A DNA stretch of 62,460 bases, counting the filler, from Dugesia japonica (Eukaryota): assembly GCA_001938525.1 (NCBI GenBank). It is 6 parts of 6 records of this genome, joined end to end, with 100 filler letters (N's around TTAATTAATTAA, not from the genome) between each part and the next. Parts side by side here need not be neighbours in the genome. Positions count along the whole stretch, not along the records: positions 52,594 to 62,460 come from MQRL01600712.1; 5 more parts are not named here. The stretch is one strand, 5' to 3'. Below, piece after piece: positions 52,494-62,460 of the stretch. Within the stretch, counting starts at the first letter, position 1. Every line of letters begins with the position of its first letter. Made by a program: the position numbers and the translations under genes. Under the pieces are notes generated by a model. That model made no database searches and was not told where the DNA came from. It worked only from the letters and a program-made list of their open reading frames with translations.

Positions 52494-52593
52494 NNNNNNN
52501 NNNNNNNNNNNNNNNNNNNNNNNNNNNNNNNNNNNNNTTAATTAATTAANNNNNNNNNNNNNNNNNNNNNNNNNNNNNNNNNNNNNNNNNNNN
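52494..52593. other. artificial scaffold linker
   Basis: 44N-TTAATTAATTAA-44N. Confidence 0.95.
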
Positions 52594-52714
52594 ACGTAAT
52601 CGGATTAGTACATAACTGTTTTGTAAAAACCAGATTAGAATCAAATGTAAAGTTTAAATTTTAATTAACCAATATTTAAATTTTGTCACTTTTCATATTA
52701 TCCGAGTGCCCATG

Positions 52715-53030
52715 AACAATTTGATCATGCTCTCATTACATTGTTTGAAAGAAAAAATGAATCAAAATGATCACATTATTTGATAGAAAATTCCTGCAGA
52801 AAAAATGAAACGAAATGATCAAATTATTTGAAAGCGAACCACGATGGAAAAATGAATTGAAATTATAACATTATTTCGGAGAGAATTCCTACATAACAAA
52901 TAAAATTAAATTATCATATTCTGTGAAGGAGAATCACTACAAAAATGAAACCAAATAATTAAATTATTTGAAATAGAATTCCTATAGAAAAATGAACAGA
53001 AACGATCACCGTATTTTGTAAAACAATCAA
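52715..53030. repeat. degenerate minisatellite, ~48-bp unit
   Basis: Unit aaaaaatgaa..aaatgatca.attatttga.ag.aattcct. Confidence 0.75.
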
Positions 53031-53737
53031 TACAAAACGGAAAATACGAAAGACGAATTAAATATAAAAAAAAAGTCAGGATATTGACGAAACGAAATAA
53101 AAACAGAATCTCGTCACACAGAAAATGAAAATTTAAAGGCAAATGAAATATAAAATAAGACCAGATCCGTGCTTACGCTCAATTAAAGCGGAAAGTTGAT
53201 CATTTCAAAAGCCCAACTGAGTATGGTCGACGAAAAAGAAAATTTGTCAATTTGTTTCTTTTACTAGTGGAATTTCGAGACACGTGAAACGGACTTAACG
53301 TGACGAAAAGTAAACGAGTATCCAAATTATAAATGGAAGGTGAAAGTAAGGAAAGAGAGACGAGCTTTAACATGATAAAATGAATTCTCAGTTTGTAAAT
53401 GAGCTGACTATCTAGATGTATTGATGAAGTCAAACGAACAAAAATGAGTCAAAATGATTCATGTGAAATGACAGGCGTGATTTTTATTATTAAAAAAGAG
53501 GAGCTCGGTCATCCATGAGTAGAATTTATTTTTCTTTCTTCATTTTATTTTACTTATTTTGTGGTTTTAGTTTATTTGGCATGATTTTAATTGAATGCAA
53601 TTCATAAACTTTAAGTCTTCATTTTTCCTACGTTATATTTCATTAAATATTGCAGCTTTAGCAAAAGTTTTAGTTTGACGTCAAAGAATTGGTTTAATGA
53701 TTAAATGTCAATTGTTATCATTGTTGTAAAATCATAC

Positions 53738-53917
53738 CTCTGAGTTGGAATTGTAAGTGGTATCATAGAGCATTCTTNCCGAAGTGTGAACGAGCAAAGA
53801 TGACGATCACCAGCTGTCATCTTTCCTGGTATATACTTCAAGAGTTGGGAATCAGAAATAATTAGGCCAAAGGCCAAAGAAACGTCATTTAAAAACAATA
53901 TATATTTTTCTTTATAT
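53738..53917 (-). CDS. internal exon of host gene, unknown
   Basis: tttattag acceptor, AG|gtatga donor, 180 nt, YKEKYILFLNDVSLAFGLIISDSQLLKYIPGKMTAGDRHLCSFTLRXECSMIPLTIPTQ. Confidence 0.6.
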
Positions 53918-54112
53918 CTAATAAATAAAGTTTTGATTTTTATGAAAGTTGAATAATTAAAAACCTGAATAATTGTTTNNNNNNNNNNNNNNNNNNNNNN
54001 NNNNNNNNNNNNNNNNNNNNNNNNNNNNNNNNNNNNNNNNNNNNNNNNNNNNNNNNNNNNNNNNNNNNNNNNNNNNNNNNNNNNNNNNNNNNNNNNNNNN
54101 NNNNNNNNNNNN

Positions 54113-56225
54113 NGCCTAAAGAGACTTGGGAATTACTAATCCCTAAAATTACGAAATTCTCTGGGAATTATGACGAAGACCCAGCAAAATGGTTAAATAA
54201 AATTTCAAACTTTGCAGAATCTAACAGCTTTGATTTATTATCAACCTTTAATTTGTTTTATTAAACTGTGATGCAAAAAACCTGTGGAAACCATTTTAAA
54301 GTCGGCAGAATGTCAACGATAAAATGGCTAGCGAATGGTTTAAAGAAAAATTCAAAAAAGAAAAGTCATTTCTCCGAATTATTGAAGAATGTAGTGAAAT
54401 TCGACAAAAAGAAAATAAACGTTTCGAAAACTTTGAATTAAGAGTTTAAAGATTAGTCAAAGAAATAATTGAATCAGGATTGACTGTAGAAGAAATTTCT
54501 CAGCAGATAATTAAAAAAGTTGGTTCCGAGGAGCAAAGAAAAGCATTTGCTCTTAAACCAGAAATTAAGCCGGATGAAATGAGAAAGATAGTTGAAAAAA
54601 TTTAGAAGAACGATGACAATTTTGGTGGGTTACAGATAAATAAGTTGATTTACTCAGAAGTGACAGCTGCAAGTCACATTCCGAGAATTAAGAAATTAAT
54701 TAAAAAGGTTCTAACTATCATAAACCTAGGAATAATTAAATTGAAAAAGCGATTCCGATTGCTGAAGAATTTAATAATTCCAAAAAAGCAGAGAAGGTCA
54801 ATTTAGAAATATGCCAACAATTTCCACGAAGCTTATTGCAAGGAAATTGTACAATAGATCAAAAGAAGAACAACTAAAAAAAGCTCATGCTTTTGCTGTG
54901 ATCTAATGAGTCACAGACGTAATAACTACCCTCTTAAATCATGTTGCCTAATTTTTAGAAAAACGTATCACAGTTTTAGAAACTATCGATTATTCGGAAA
55001 TCAGATATATCACAACAATAATTGTGTGAAATGCATTTCAGAAGAAGATGACAATGTGGATAAAAGAAATAAAGATTTAAAGATGATCAATCATGGTGTT
55101 AGCTATTTAAACGAAAGAGAATCCATTGTTTCAATTTCGTCAGTGTATTCAATACAATAAAAACTGAAAATTGGAATTGTGATATGTATAATAAAAATGA
55201 TAGAAGAATTTAGAATTTGGTCAAAGTTAGAAGTAAAATATTCGAAATGTTGTGGGATACAGGTGCTTCAATATTAGTGATGCATACAAAGTTATGGAGA
55301 GATTGTGAATCTTTGCCATTAATGAATGCAATATTAAATTGAGTGGTGCATTTTCAAAAGAAGCAATGAATTGTTCAGGAATTGGAAAAGTTGAAATAGA
55401 ATTCGGAAATGTGAAGAGAATTGTTTACATTGTGATTGTTGATGGAATAAATCCAGAACTTAGTGGTAGAATTGATATGTTTAATGAATTTTATATTCAA
55501 TTAAAAATGCTTAATATATTGGACTAAGAGAACATTAACAGCAAATTTACTGATAATGATCGTTTTAAGGCAGTATTAGCAGACTTTAAACCGAAAGATA
55601 ATGATTTAAAAGAAATGCTTCTAAAATTTTCAAATATATTTATGGCAGATACTTTTGATCTTGGAAAAACATATGTTGTAAAACATTTCATTCCAACAGT
55701 TGGTGATTGTGTCTTCTTCCTAGAGTAGAGTTTGTATTCAATTGTATTGTATCAAGGTAAACGGGATTGTCACCAATGGAAATCATTTATAGGAGGAAGA
55801 TAAATATTCACACAAATAAGGAACACAACTTTGGAGGCGACGAAATTATAGATAAAGCTTACTAAAATATTAAACGAGAATTGNAGACAATGATAAATCA
55901 AGAAAAAACCGTGTTAGTCGCGAATTCAAAGTAGGTGAAGACGTGTTAGTAAGGAAAGACTCCCAAAAACGGAAAAAGAATGATTTACTCTATGAAGGTC
56001 CTTATAAAATTACTGAATTTCTAACATCTCACCAAGTTCAGTTAGAAACTCAGCAAGGTTCCAGATTTAAAAGAATCGAATAGTTAAAGAGAGGCTGATT
56101 CTAGAAAGACGGGGAGAAATTGAATATTTAAAAAACTGATTATTTCTTTAAATATTGTATTTTAAGATTTCGTTATATTTTGAACTTATTGAATAAAGTT
56201 TTATGGAAATTAAGACTTGATTTAA
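54113..56225 (+). mobile_element. internally deleted Ty3/Gypsy element
   Basis: gag-like ITKFSGNYDEDPAKWL; protease MLWDTGAS (~55250); RT start FDLGKT.VVKH.IPT; integrase tail FKVGEDVLVRK..YEGPYKI; polypurine tract agaaagacggggagaaa 56103-56119 then TG and a short LTR-like segment. Confidence 0.85.
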
Positions 56226-56537
56226 CTATGAATAATCGTTATTAATGACAGATGTGCAGATTAAGTAGTGATTATGGACGAAAATCGAATGGTGGAATAA
56301 GTTTGATGTGAATAAACTAAAAGATGTTGAATATGACGGCGTGAATTTCGTGTTTTGGTTTCGTATGATCAGTTTAATAATTTAGTAATTAGTATGAAGT
56401 CTAACCTGAGCAAGACTTTAATGTTGTTTATATTATCAGAGTGTAAGACGCGATATCACAAAGTTGCATTGAACCCGAGAAACGAGGGGCATGTCACAGA
56501 GATGATATGTCTGATGTGTTTAGGTATACCCCTAGAT

Positions 56538-57987
56538 CAGCGTTTCCCAAATTAGGTTCCACGGAACATTAGGGTTCCATGAAGCAAAAATAAGGGTTCC
56601 GCCAGATAATATCAAAATAGTAGAATATAAGTTAGTTTACAAATTTTTATTTTCAAATATTTCTTCTTAAAATACATGGTATTTGCAAAAGAATGCTAGA
56701 TTTAATTGTAGTATATAGTAAGTGTTAATTATTTTTACTACTATAGCAACTAGTATATTCAAAAAAGTTCTTTAGTAGTTGGTTTTCATAAATTAAATAA
56801 ATAAACATAAGTTAGTTAGTGTTACCAATGAAATGTGTCCAACTNTGCTTTTTTAAAAAAAAATTCTAAGTACATATGTATTTGTAATACTTAAATTTTT
56901 ATCAACTATTAAATTAATTTCAATATTATTTAAGCAATATTTTGTTCATTATCTACAAATTATACTTGACTTCAAAGATAATTTAATTACATTCTAATAA
57001 GAAATTTGTAAATATATATTTCTGCTTATTATATTTTAAAAAAAAATTATTCAATTAATTAAAATATTAGCTAAACAACGTTTTGCGTAAATTACAAATA
57101 ATACGACTTCAAATTTAATTATTGTTATTAATTATTAACATTTAAATTTACCATGAGTTTTGAAAATTGGCTAAAAAGTGGAGCTTCAAATAAAAAAATA
57201 ATTTCTTCCACATCTAAGGAAGCTGACAAAGGGCTTTCTGTGGTTAATCAAGAAAAAATATCTTCTGAAAAGTTTAAATTACCACAATCCNNNNNNNNNN
57301 NNNNNNNNNNNNNNNNNNNNNNNNNNNNNNNNNNNNNNNNNNNNNNNNNNNCTTCTTCTAATACTAAGAAACGCAGATATAATATCAGCTATTTGTCATT
57401 AGGTTTTACGACAACGGGAAATGAAGTTTATCCAGGCGCACTGTGTCTACTTTACAGTAAAATATTAACCAATAATTCCTTAGCAACTGCCAAATTACGT
57501 CGTCATTTCGAAATGAATCATTTGGGATACAAAGATAAAGACATTGCTTTTTTTAAAAGAAAACTAGAAGAATATAACAAATTTAAACTTTTTATTACAA
57601 AACATTTAAAATCGAAAATGAAAATGCCAGATGCATCTTACAGAGTAAGTTATCGCATAGAGCTTGCAGGAGAGGCTCATACTATTGGCGAAACATTGAT
57701 AAAACCATGAAGAATATTCAAAATCATCGAAACGTATATTGTTACGATTTCCGACTACATATTTATGCAAGACAGGATTTTCACTCTATACAGAAACTAA
57801 AACAAAGTAACGAAATTGTCTTGACGCTGCACCAAATCGTCTATCACACGGAATATAAAGAAAATTTGCTTAAGAAATAATTGTTCATTCCTCACATTAA
57901 AATTTATGTAATTTCTCATGATAATACAAATATGAAGTTATAAAATGTTAAAAGGGTTCCATGAGCAAATAAAATTGGGAAACAATA
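56538..57987 (+). mobile_element. Buster-type hAT (ZBED5/SCAND3-like), internally deleted
   Basis: Left TIR CAGCGTTTCCCAAATT, degenerate right aaattgggaaacaata, gggttcc subterminal repeats, flanks ccctagat/atatagat (nnnTAnnn); ORF 57153-57710 with KRRYNISYLSLGFT..AKLRRHFEMNH..FFKRK..ASYRVSYRI..GEAHTIGETLIKP; then FPTTYLCKTGFS dimerisation motif. Confidence 0.92.
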
Positions 57988-58179
57988 ATATAGATTATTA
58001 AAGTAGAATATTTGTAAACTTATTATTTTAATTTTCAATCTTGATATTATTAAATTATTCGAAAAATATTGTATTTTTGAAATTATTACAGTTAGTAGCC
58101 GGGAATTTTTCAGAATAAAAATTAATTATTTAAATTAATTTTGAATATAGCATGATTATTTTTAAATACAAAAAATTAC

Positions 58180-58366
58180 TCTTGTAATATCAAGAATATC
58201 TGAAAATCCTAAAATTTGTGGAAACGCAATTAAAAATGGTGAATATATTGATTTGCTGGAGGTTAAATCTCGCCGTGAATCTGAAATGGCTTCTGCAAGA
58301 ATTCTTCTATAAAATGATAATGCTACCAAATCTAATGTACAACCAACAATCATGGTTGGTAAAGCT
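58180..58366 (-). CDS. internal exon of host gene, unknown
   Basis: ttttttgtttag acceptor, |gtaatt donor, ALPTMIVGCTLDLVALSFYRRILAEAISDSRRDLTSSKSIYSPFLIAFPQILGFSDILDITR. Confidence 0.65.
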
Positions 58367-58899
58367 CTAAACAAAAAACAAATCTCACAATTAATATAAA
58401 ATTATAATTTAAACAAAGCATATTTTGGTTACATTGTAAATTATTGATTATCGAACATCATGATTATATTTATATTCTCCATCTTAAGCCTTTAATTAAG
58501 TTTGTAACAAAAAATTAACAAAAAATAGTTAAATAAAGAAGTAAAATAATTTATATAACTAAGAAAATTAATATGAATTAGTGTATTCTGTATTATGAAA
58601 AATAAATATTGAATAAAGAAATAAAAAAATAAAATATGGAATCAAATAAATAGAAAAAAATATGAAAAACAAATTAAAAATAGTTATATTTAAAAATACA
58701 GTGTCGTTGCGAGGTTGTAGTCATTTCTCAATATTGACAAATTACATTTCTTGATTTCATTCTCATTCTGTTTTCGTTCCAACTGACGAGATGTATATAC
58801 CCCTGAATCACAAGTTTTTGAAAAATTTCGTTTCTCCTCTTAGTCTCTAGATTCGGTGAGTTTGTGCTGATGTTAAGGTGTTTAATTCCAATTCGTCAT

Positions 58900-59140
58900 G
58901 AAAACAACACTTATCTGACTTTATTAATTATTTATTTACAAAGTCTTCTTCTTCATTGATATGGATCTTCTTTTGTGTGAGATGTTCCTTGGGTATTTTC
59001 CTCCAATGATGTTTTGTCTGATTCGAGAATATTCACGTTTGGCGATAACTACGGTTTCTTGATCGTTATAACTTTTATCAATTTCGGCCAATATTCAGTT
59101 AGTTTGCTTAGGTAAGTTAGCTTAAGTTCCTTGCTACTGT
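58900..59140 (-). pseudogene. possible Penelope RT N-terminal remnant
   Basis: ILAEIDKSYNDQETVVIAKREYSRIRQNII..., then LIKSDK resembling the Penelope (I/V)I..ADK motif; adjacent and opposite to the GIY-YIG fragment. Confidence 0.35.
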
Positions 59141-59149
59141 CTTCCCTCA

Positions 59150-59490
59150 TAAAAAAGACAAAGCTTTTGTGGTCCCAAATGCATTTTTGATGGTAGAAAT
59201 ATATGCAATAAGAAAAATGTCACTTATAAAATAACATGCACCATTTTTCATGAAACATATATTAGTGAAACATGCAGAACCATCCAAACAAGAATTAAGG
59301 AACATCTGAAACAAAAAGAAAGCGAAGTCTTCAAACACTTTCAACACAAACATAAAATTTCACCAGAACAACATCACTTAACATGGAAAAAAACTAGGAA
59401 CAGGCTACATTTATACACTTTATAGAAAGAACATGAGAATTACTAATTAAAGAAGATAATCCTAAAATCAATGTAATTTATAATAATAAA
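59150..59490 (+). mobile_element. Penelope-like element GIY-YIG endonuclease fragment
   Basis: CGPKC....ICNKKNVTYKITCTIFHETYISETCRTIQTRIKEH...VFKHFQHKH...LLIKEDNPKIN. Confidence 0.88.
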
Positions 59491-59667
59491 ATAATTAATT
59501 TCTTTTTAAAAATTTTAATCTTAAAACTTTCGTTTTAAAATTTAATTTCATTAAAATTAACTTTATCATTGATCTGTGAATTAAACAAATATTTTGAAAA
59601 ACAAATTTAAATAAAATTTACTTTCAATTGCAAAGACCAAAACGATTTTTTCTATTTTCATAGATGG

Positions 59668-59698
59668 TTCAATATTTCGGCTATGCCTTCTTCATGAA
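59668..59698 (-). ncRNA. degenerate minimal hammerhead motif
   Basis: Minus strand ttc-ATGAAGA-a-GGC-ata-GCC-GAAA-tatt-gaa; C3 replaced by A. Confidence 0.45.
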
Positions 59699-59945
59699 TA
59701 GGTCAAAATATATGACACCGCGATAATCCCACTAAACCGACATCACTATCTGATGAGAATGAAATCCTGCTTTGGTTGTAACGTTAAATACCCGCATTTC
59801 ATTTTCTGTTAACATTAAAAGAGAAAAAGAAATTTCTAACACCTGTATAGAAGCAAATGTCTACAACCAAAGCAGGATTTCATTCTCACCAGACAGTGAT
59901 GTCTGTTTGGTGGGATTATCGAGGTGTCATATATTTTGACCTATT
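59697..59945. repeat. 84-bp inverted repeat built from mariner coding sequence
   Basis: 59697-59780 pairs with 59862-59945 (5 mismatches); right arm reads TTKAGFHSHQTVMSVWWDYRGVIYFDLL. Confidence 0.88.
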
Positions 59946-60464
59946 ACTATATTCGTATACTAAACAATGTGAAATATGAATTTTTGAAGCCCTCATTTCA
60001 AATTACTTTCCAAGAATAATTTCAAAAAATCATGAAATTATTAAACGCAAAATATTAATTTGAAATACTTTAACAAAATTTTAAAAACCATATTTTAAAA
60101 TATTACTCTAATATTGGGATACTTGTTCTATATTGGAAGTTGTATTTTGAACTAATAAGCCAATATTAAGCCATTAAAAACATAAAATCAAGAAATTTAA
60201 CCTGCGTATTTGAATTATACAAATTAAGGTTATGATTTTTGATAATGAAATAAAAGTGAATATTATTCAACATGAGAATTAATTTAAAATTTTCAAAACG
60301 AAAACTATACTCTAATAATTCCTTATTATCTTTATTTGGCAAATAAATTCTTAGCGTAACATGAGGTTGTTTATTTTGATTTGGAAACGTTTTTGACTTT
60401 CCTTTATCTAAAAAAATTTAATTATCAAATAAATAAATAATAATAATCATAATAATAATAATAA

Positions 60465-60774
60465 TGTAGGCGACCAATCTAAGTAACTCGGTATCTAGGG
60501 TACTAATCACAACTAACTCGGTAGAAACTCACTAAAATTAGGCTTGATGTCTTAAGCCTCATTTTCGAATTAGAGCTGGTGACTCCTCGTTTGATGAGTG
60601 CACGGTCACACTGCTTTGGATCGAGTTCTATGCTCTATGATACTCATTTCATCTCATTTTAGTTACCTTACTTTCTTCTGCCAGAAATACCATTGTCAGA
60701 GTTATTAAAATAAAAGTGATCGATAATTTATGATTATATTTACTAAATATTAGCTATTTTAAAGAAATATGACA
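60465..60774 (+). mobile_element. possible short solo LTR
   Basis: TGT...ACA bounds, GC-elevated, AATAAA ~60709; no clear TSD. Confidence 0.4.
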
Positions 60775-60893
60775 TGTAAATAAGGGTACAAAATTTTTTA
60801 AAGATTAAACTAATTTGTGCTTAGTCTAAATTCTATTCTTGGCCAAAATGCAGTAATTTTGCTGGAGAGAGAGAAAAGTGTTCTGCTAAATTA

Positions 60894-61324
60894 TCAAGCT
60901 GTTGAAACCTTGTCCAAAATAGAACACATTATTCTTCTCAGGTCGTTTTCAAAAGGCAAACTAACATCCATACTTATTTTACTAAACATTTGCTTTCTTG
61001 AGGTACGCTGGTTCGATTCCATTGATCTGCCAAGTTTTTCACACAAGTCTTTTGGATAAATCAAAGCACTATTTACTAATTTATTTTGTTTCTGAAGTAA
61101 TAAAATTTGTAGAGCATCAATATTTAGCATATTGGTGCAAATTAAATCTTTCTGTTTACAAATAATTCGGATTATCGTTAATTTTAAGAAGTATTAAACT
61201 GCAAAATTTCTTAAAATAAAGAAATAAAAATGACCATATTGTAATCAATAATTCACCTACATCCGTTCTTGTATTAAAATTTTTGTCTAATGCTATCAAT
61301 TCTTCAAATATTTCTTTATAATGT
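60894..61324 (-). pseudogene. exon-like segments, not joinable in frame
   Basis: Exon 61324-61261 HYKEIFEELIALDKNFNTRTD with good splice sites; downstream 78-aa frame is separated by a stop under the obvious joins. Confidence 0.3.
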
Positions 61325-61659
61325 CTATGAGAGGAAAATTAATAAATAAGAAAATTTTTGGAGTGTGTTAATTGATTAATTTATTTTAAGGAAGTTTCTT
61401 AAAAGAGTGCGAAATTTAAATCAACAGTATTTTGAATTTAATTTTTTCAACTATTACGGATTCCAAAAAGTAAATATCTTTGTAAGTTAGTTTTATTTTA
61501 TTGAATAATAATTTGTGTAAGTAATTTGTGTGTAATATATCATAATTAGAAAATTTGTAAATTGTAATATTTGAGTTATAATCTGTAATTTTTATTAAGT
61601 AATTTGTAAACGTTTTTTAATATTTGTTCTAGAATATATATGAATTATTCGTTATTTGT

Positions 61660-62460
61660 AGTAGATGGATAGTGGCACACGGGCACAATTTTATAAATCA
61701 TCCCCCCTCCCCACCAGGGGGGGCTCGGAAACACATTACGCTTGAGTTGCGTTTTTTAGACATGATTTTTGTGCTCGTTTTTTTCTAAGATTTTTGGGAT
61801 CAAAAATTTTTTGATTAATTTTTTTTTATCCTGAAAGTGCGTGTGTATTTTTAAATTTTGTGTGTGTTTGGGTTGCTAAGGTGGTTTTTAAAAATAGGTC
61901 AAGTTGAGTTTGTGTGTGTGGTTGTGTATGTAAGAGTGGGAAAAACGAGGAGGAGGAGATAATTTTTTTGTAGTTTTAAAGATTCGGTTGGGGTTGGACA
62001 AAAATTTGGTCTATATATTGTCTAAAAGACTTATGAGTTTGGATGGATGGTTCGTCCTACAAGGGTGTGGCACACGGGCACAGGCGTATGAGTTATCATG
62101 TGTAGTTTTTATGGAGGCTGTAGGTTTGTATGTGGTTGATGAAATTTGTTGGTTGATGGTTTGTTGGAGAGGTAATATGATGGGGAAGATGTTGGTTGTC
62201 GAATGTGCTTTGATCTTTTATTTTAAAGGCTACTATTTGATTGGTTTATTTTGTAAGTAGTATAAGTGTATTAAAAAAAATTTTCGTGAGGTGGAGGTTG
62301 GTATGTGTGGAAAGAGAATTAGTTATCGGAGTTTATAAGATTTATTTGAAATTTATCTGTCCTGTGGTTATGACGTCATAACTTTTTGAAATCTTTATTT
62401 TGGTTACAAATGCTGTATTTTGCTTAAATTGATGAATTTAATGAAAGTAATGTTATTTTA
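61660..62460 (+). mobile_element. Polinton/Maverick-like terminal region
   Basis: AGTAGATGGATAGTGGCACACGGGCACA..C-run/G-run..ctcggaaacacattacg; gtggcacacgggcaca repeats at ~62067; TGACGTCA 62371; GT-skewed strand. Confidence 0.55.

Noticed and set aside
59750-59768. CTGATGA-gaat-GAAA hammerhead core
   Set aside because: No stem II; chance match in antisense mariner sequence

Overview
Very AT-rich, intron-containing eukaryotic DNA dominated by decayed transposable elements. The (ATT)n microsatellites, ~50-nt introns and the Merlin/mariner/Buster/Penelope/Gypsy mix suggest a planarian-like invertebrate such as Schmidtea; this is inference only. The window is not one locus: five artificial 100-bp linkers (44N-TTAATTAATTAA-44N) join six pieces, so adjacency across them means nothing. 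Identifiable content: Merlin (IS1595/ISXO2-like), Tigger/pogo, mariner and Buster-type hAT transposase remnants; several Ty3/Gypsy fragments; a 1.87-kb solo LTR with an exact 4-bp TSD; a Penelope GIY-YIG fragment; and a few host-like spliced exons (8869-9437 +, 21674-22033 -, 53738-53917 -, 58180-58366 -) whose products I do not recognise. The most interesting signals are (i) minimal hammerhead-ribozyme motifs inside Penelope-type pseudo-LTR repeats that repeatedly form fold-backs, (ii) four related AGTAG-starting Polinton/Maverick-like termini with subterminal arrays, and (iii) virus-like arrays of small co-oriented orphan ORFs. No rRNA, tRNA or CRISPR is supportable.
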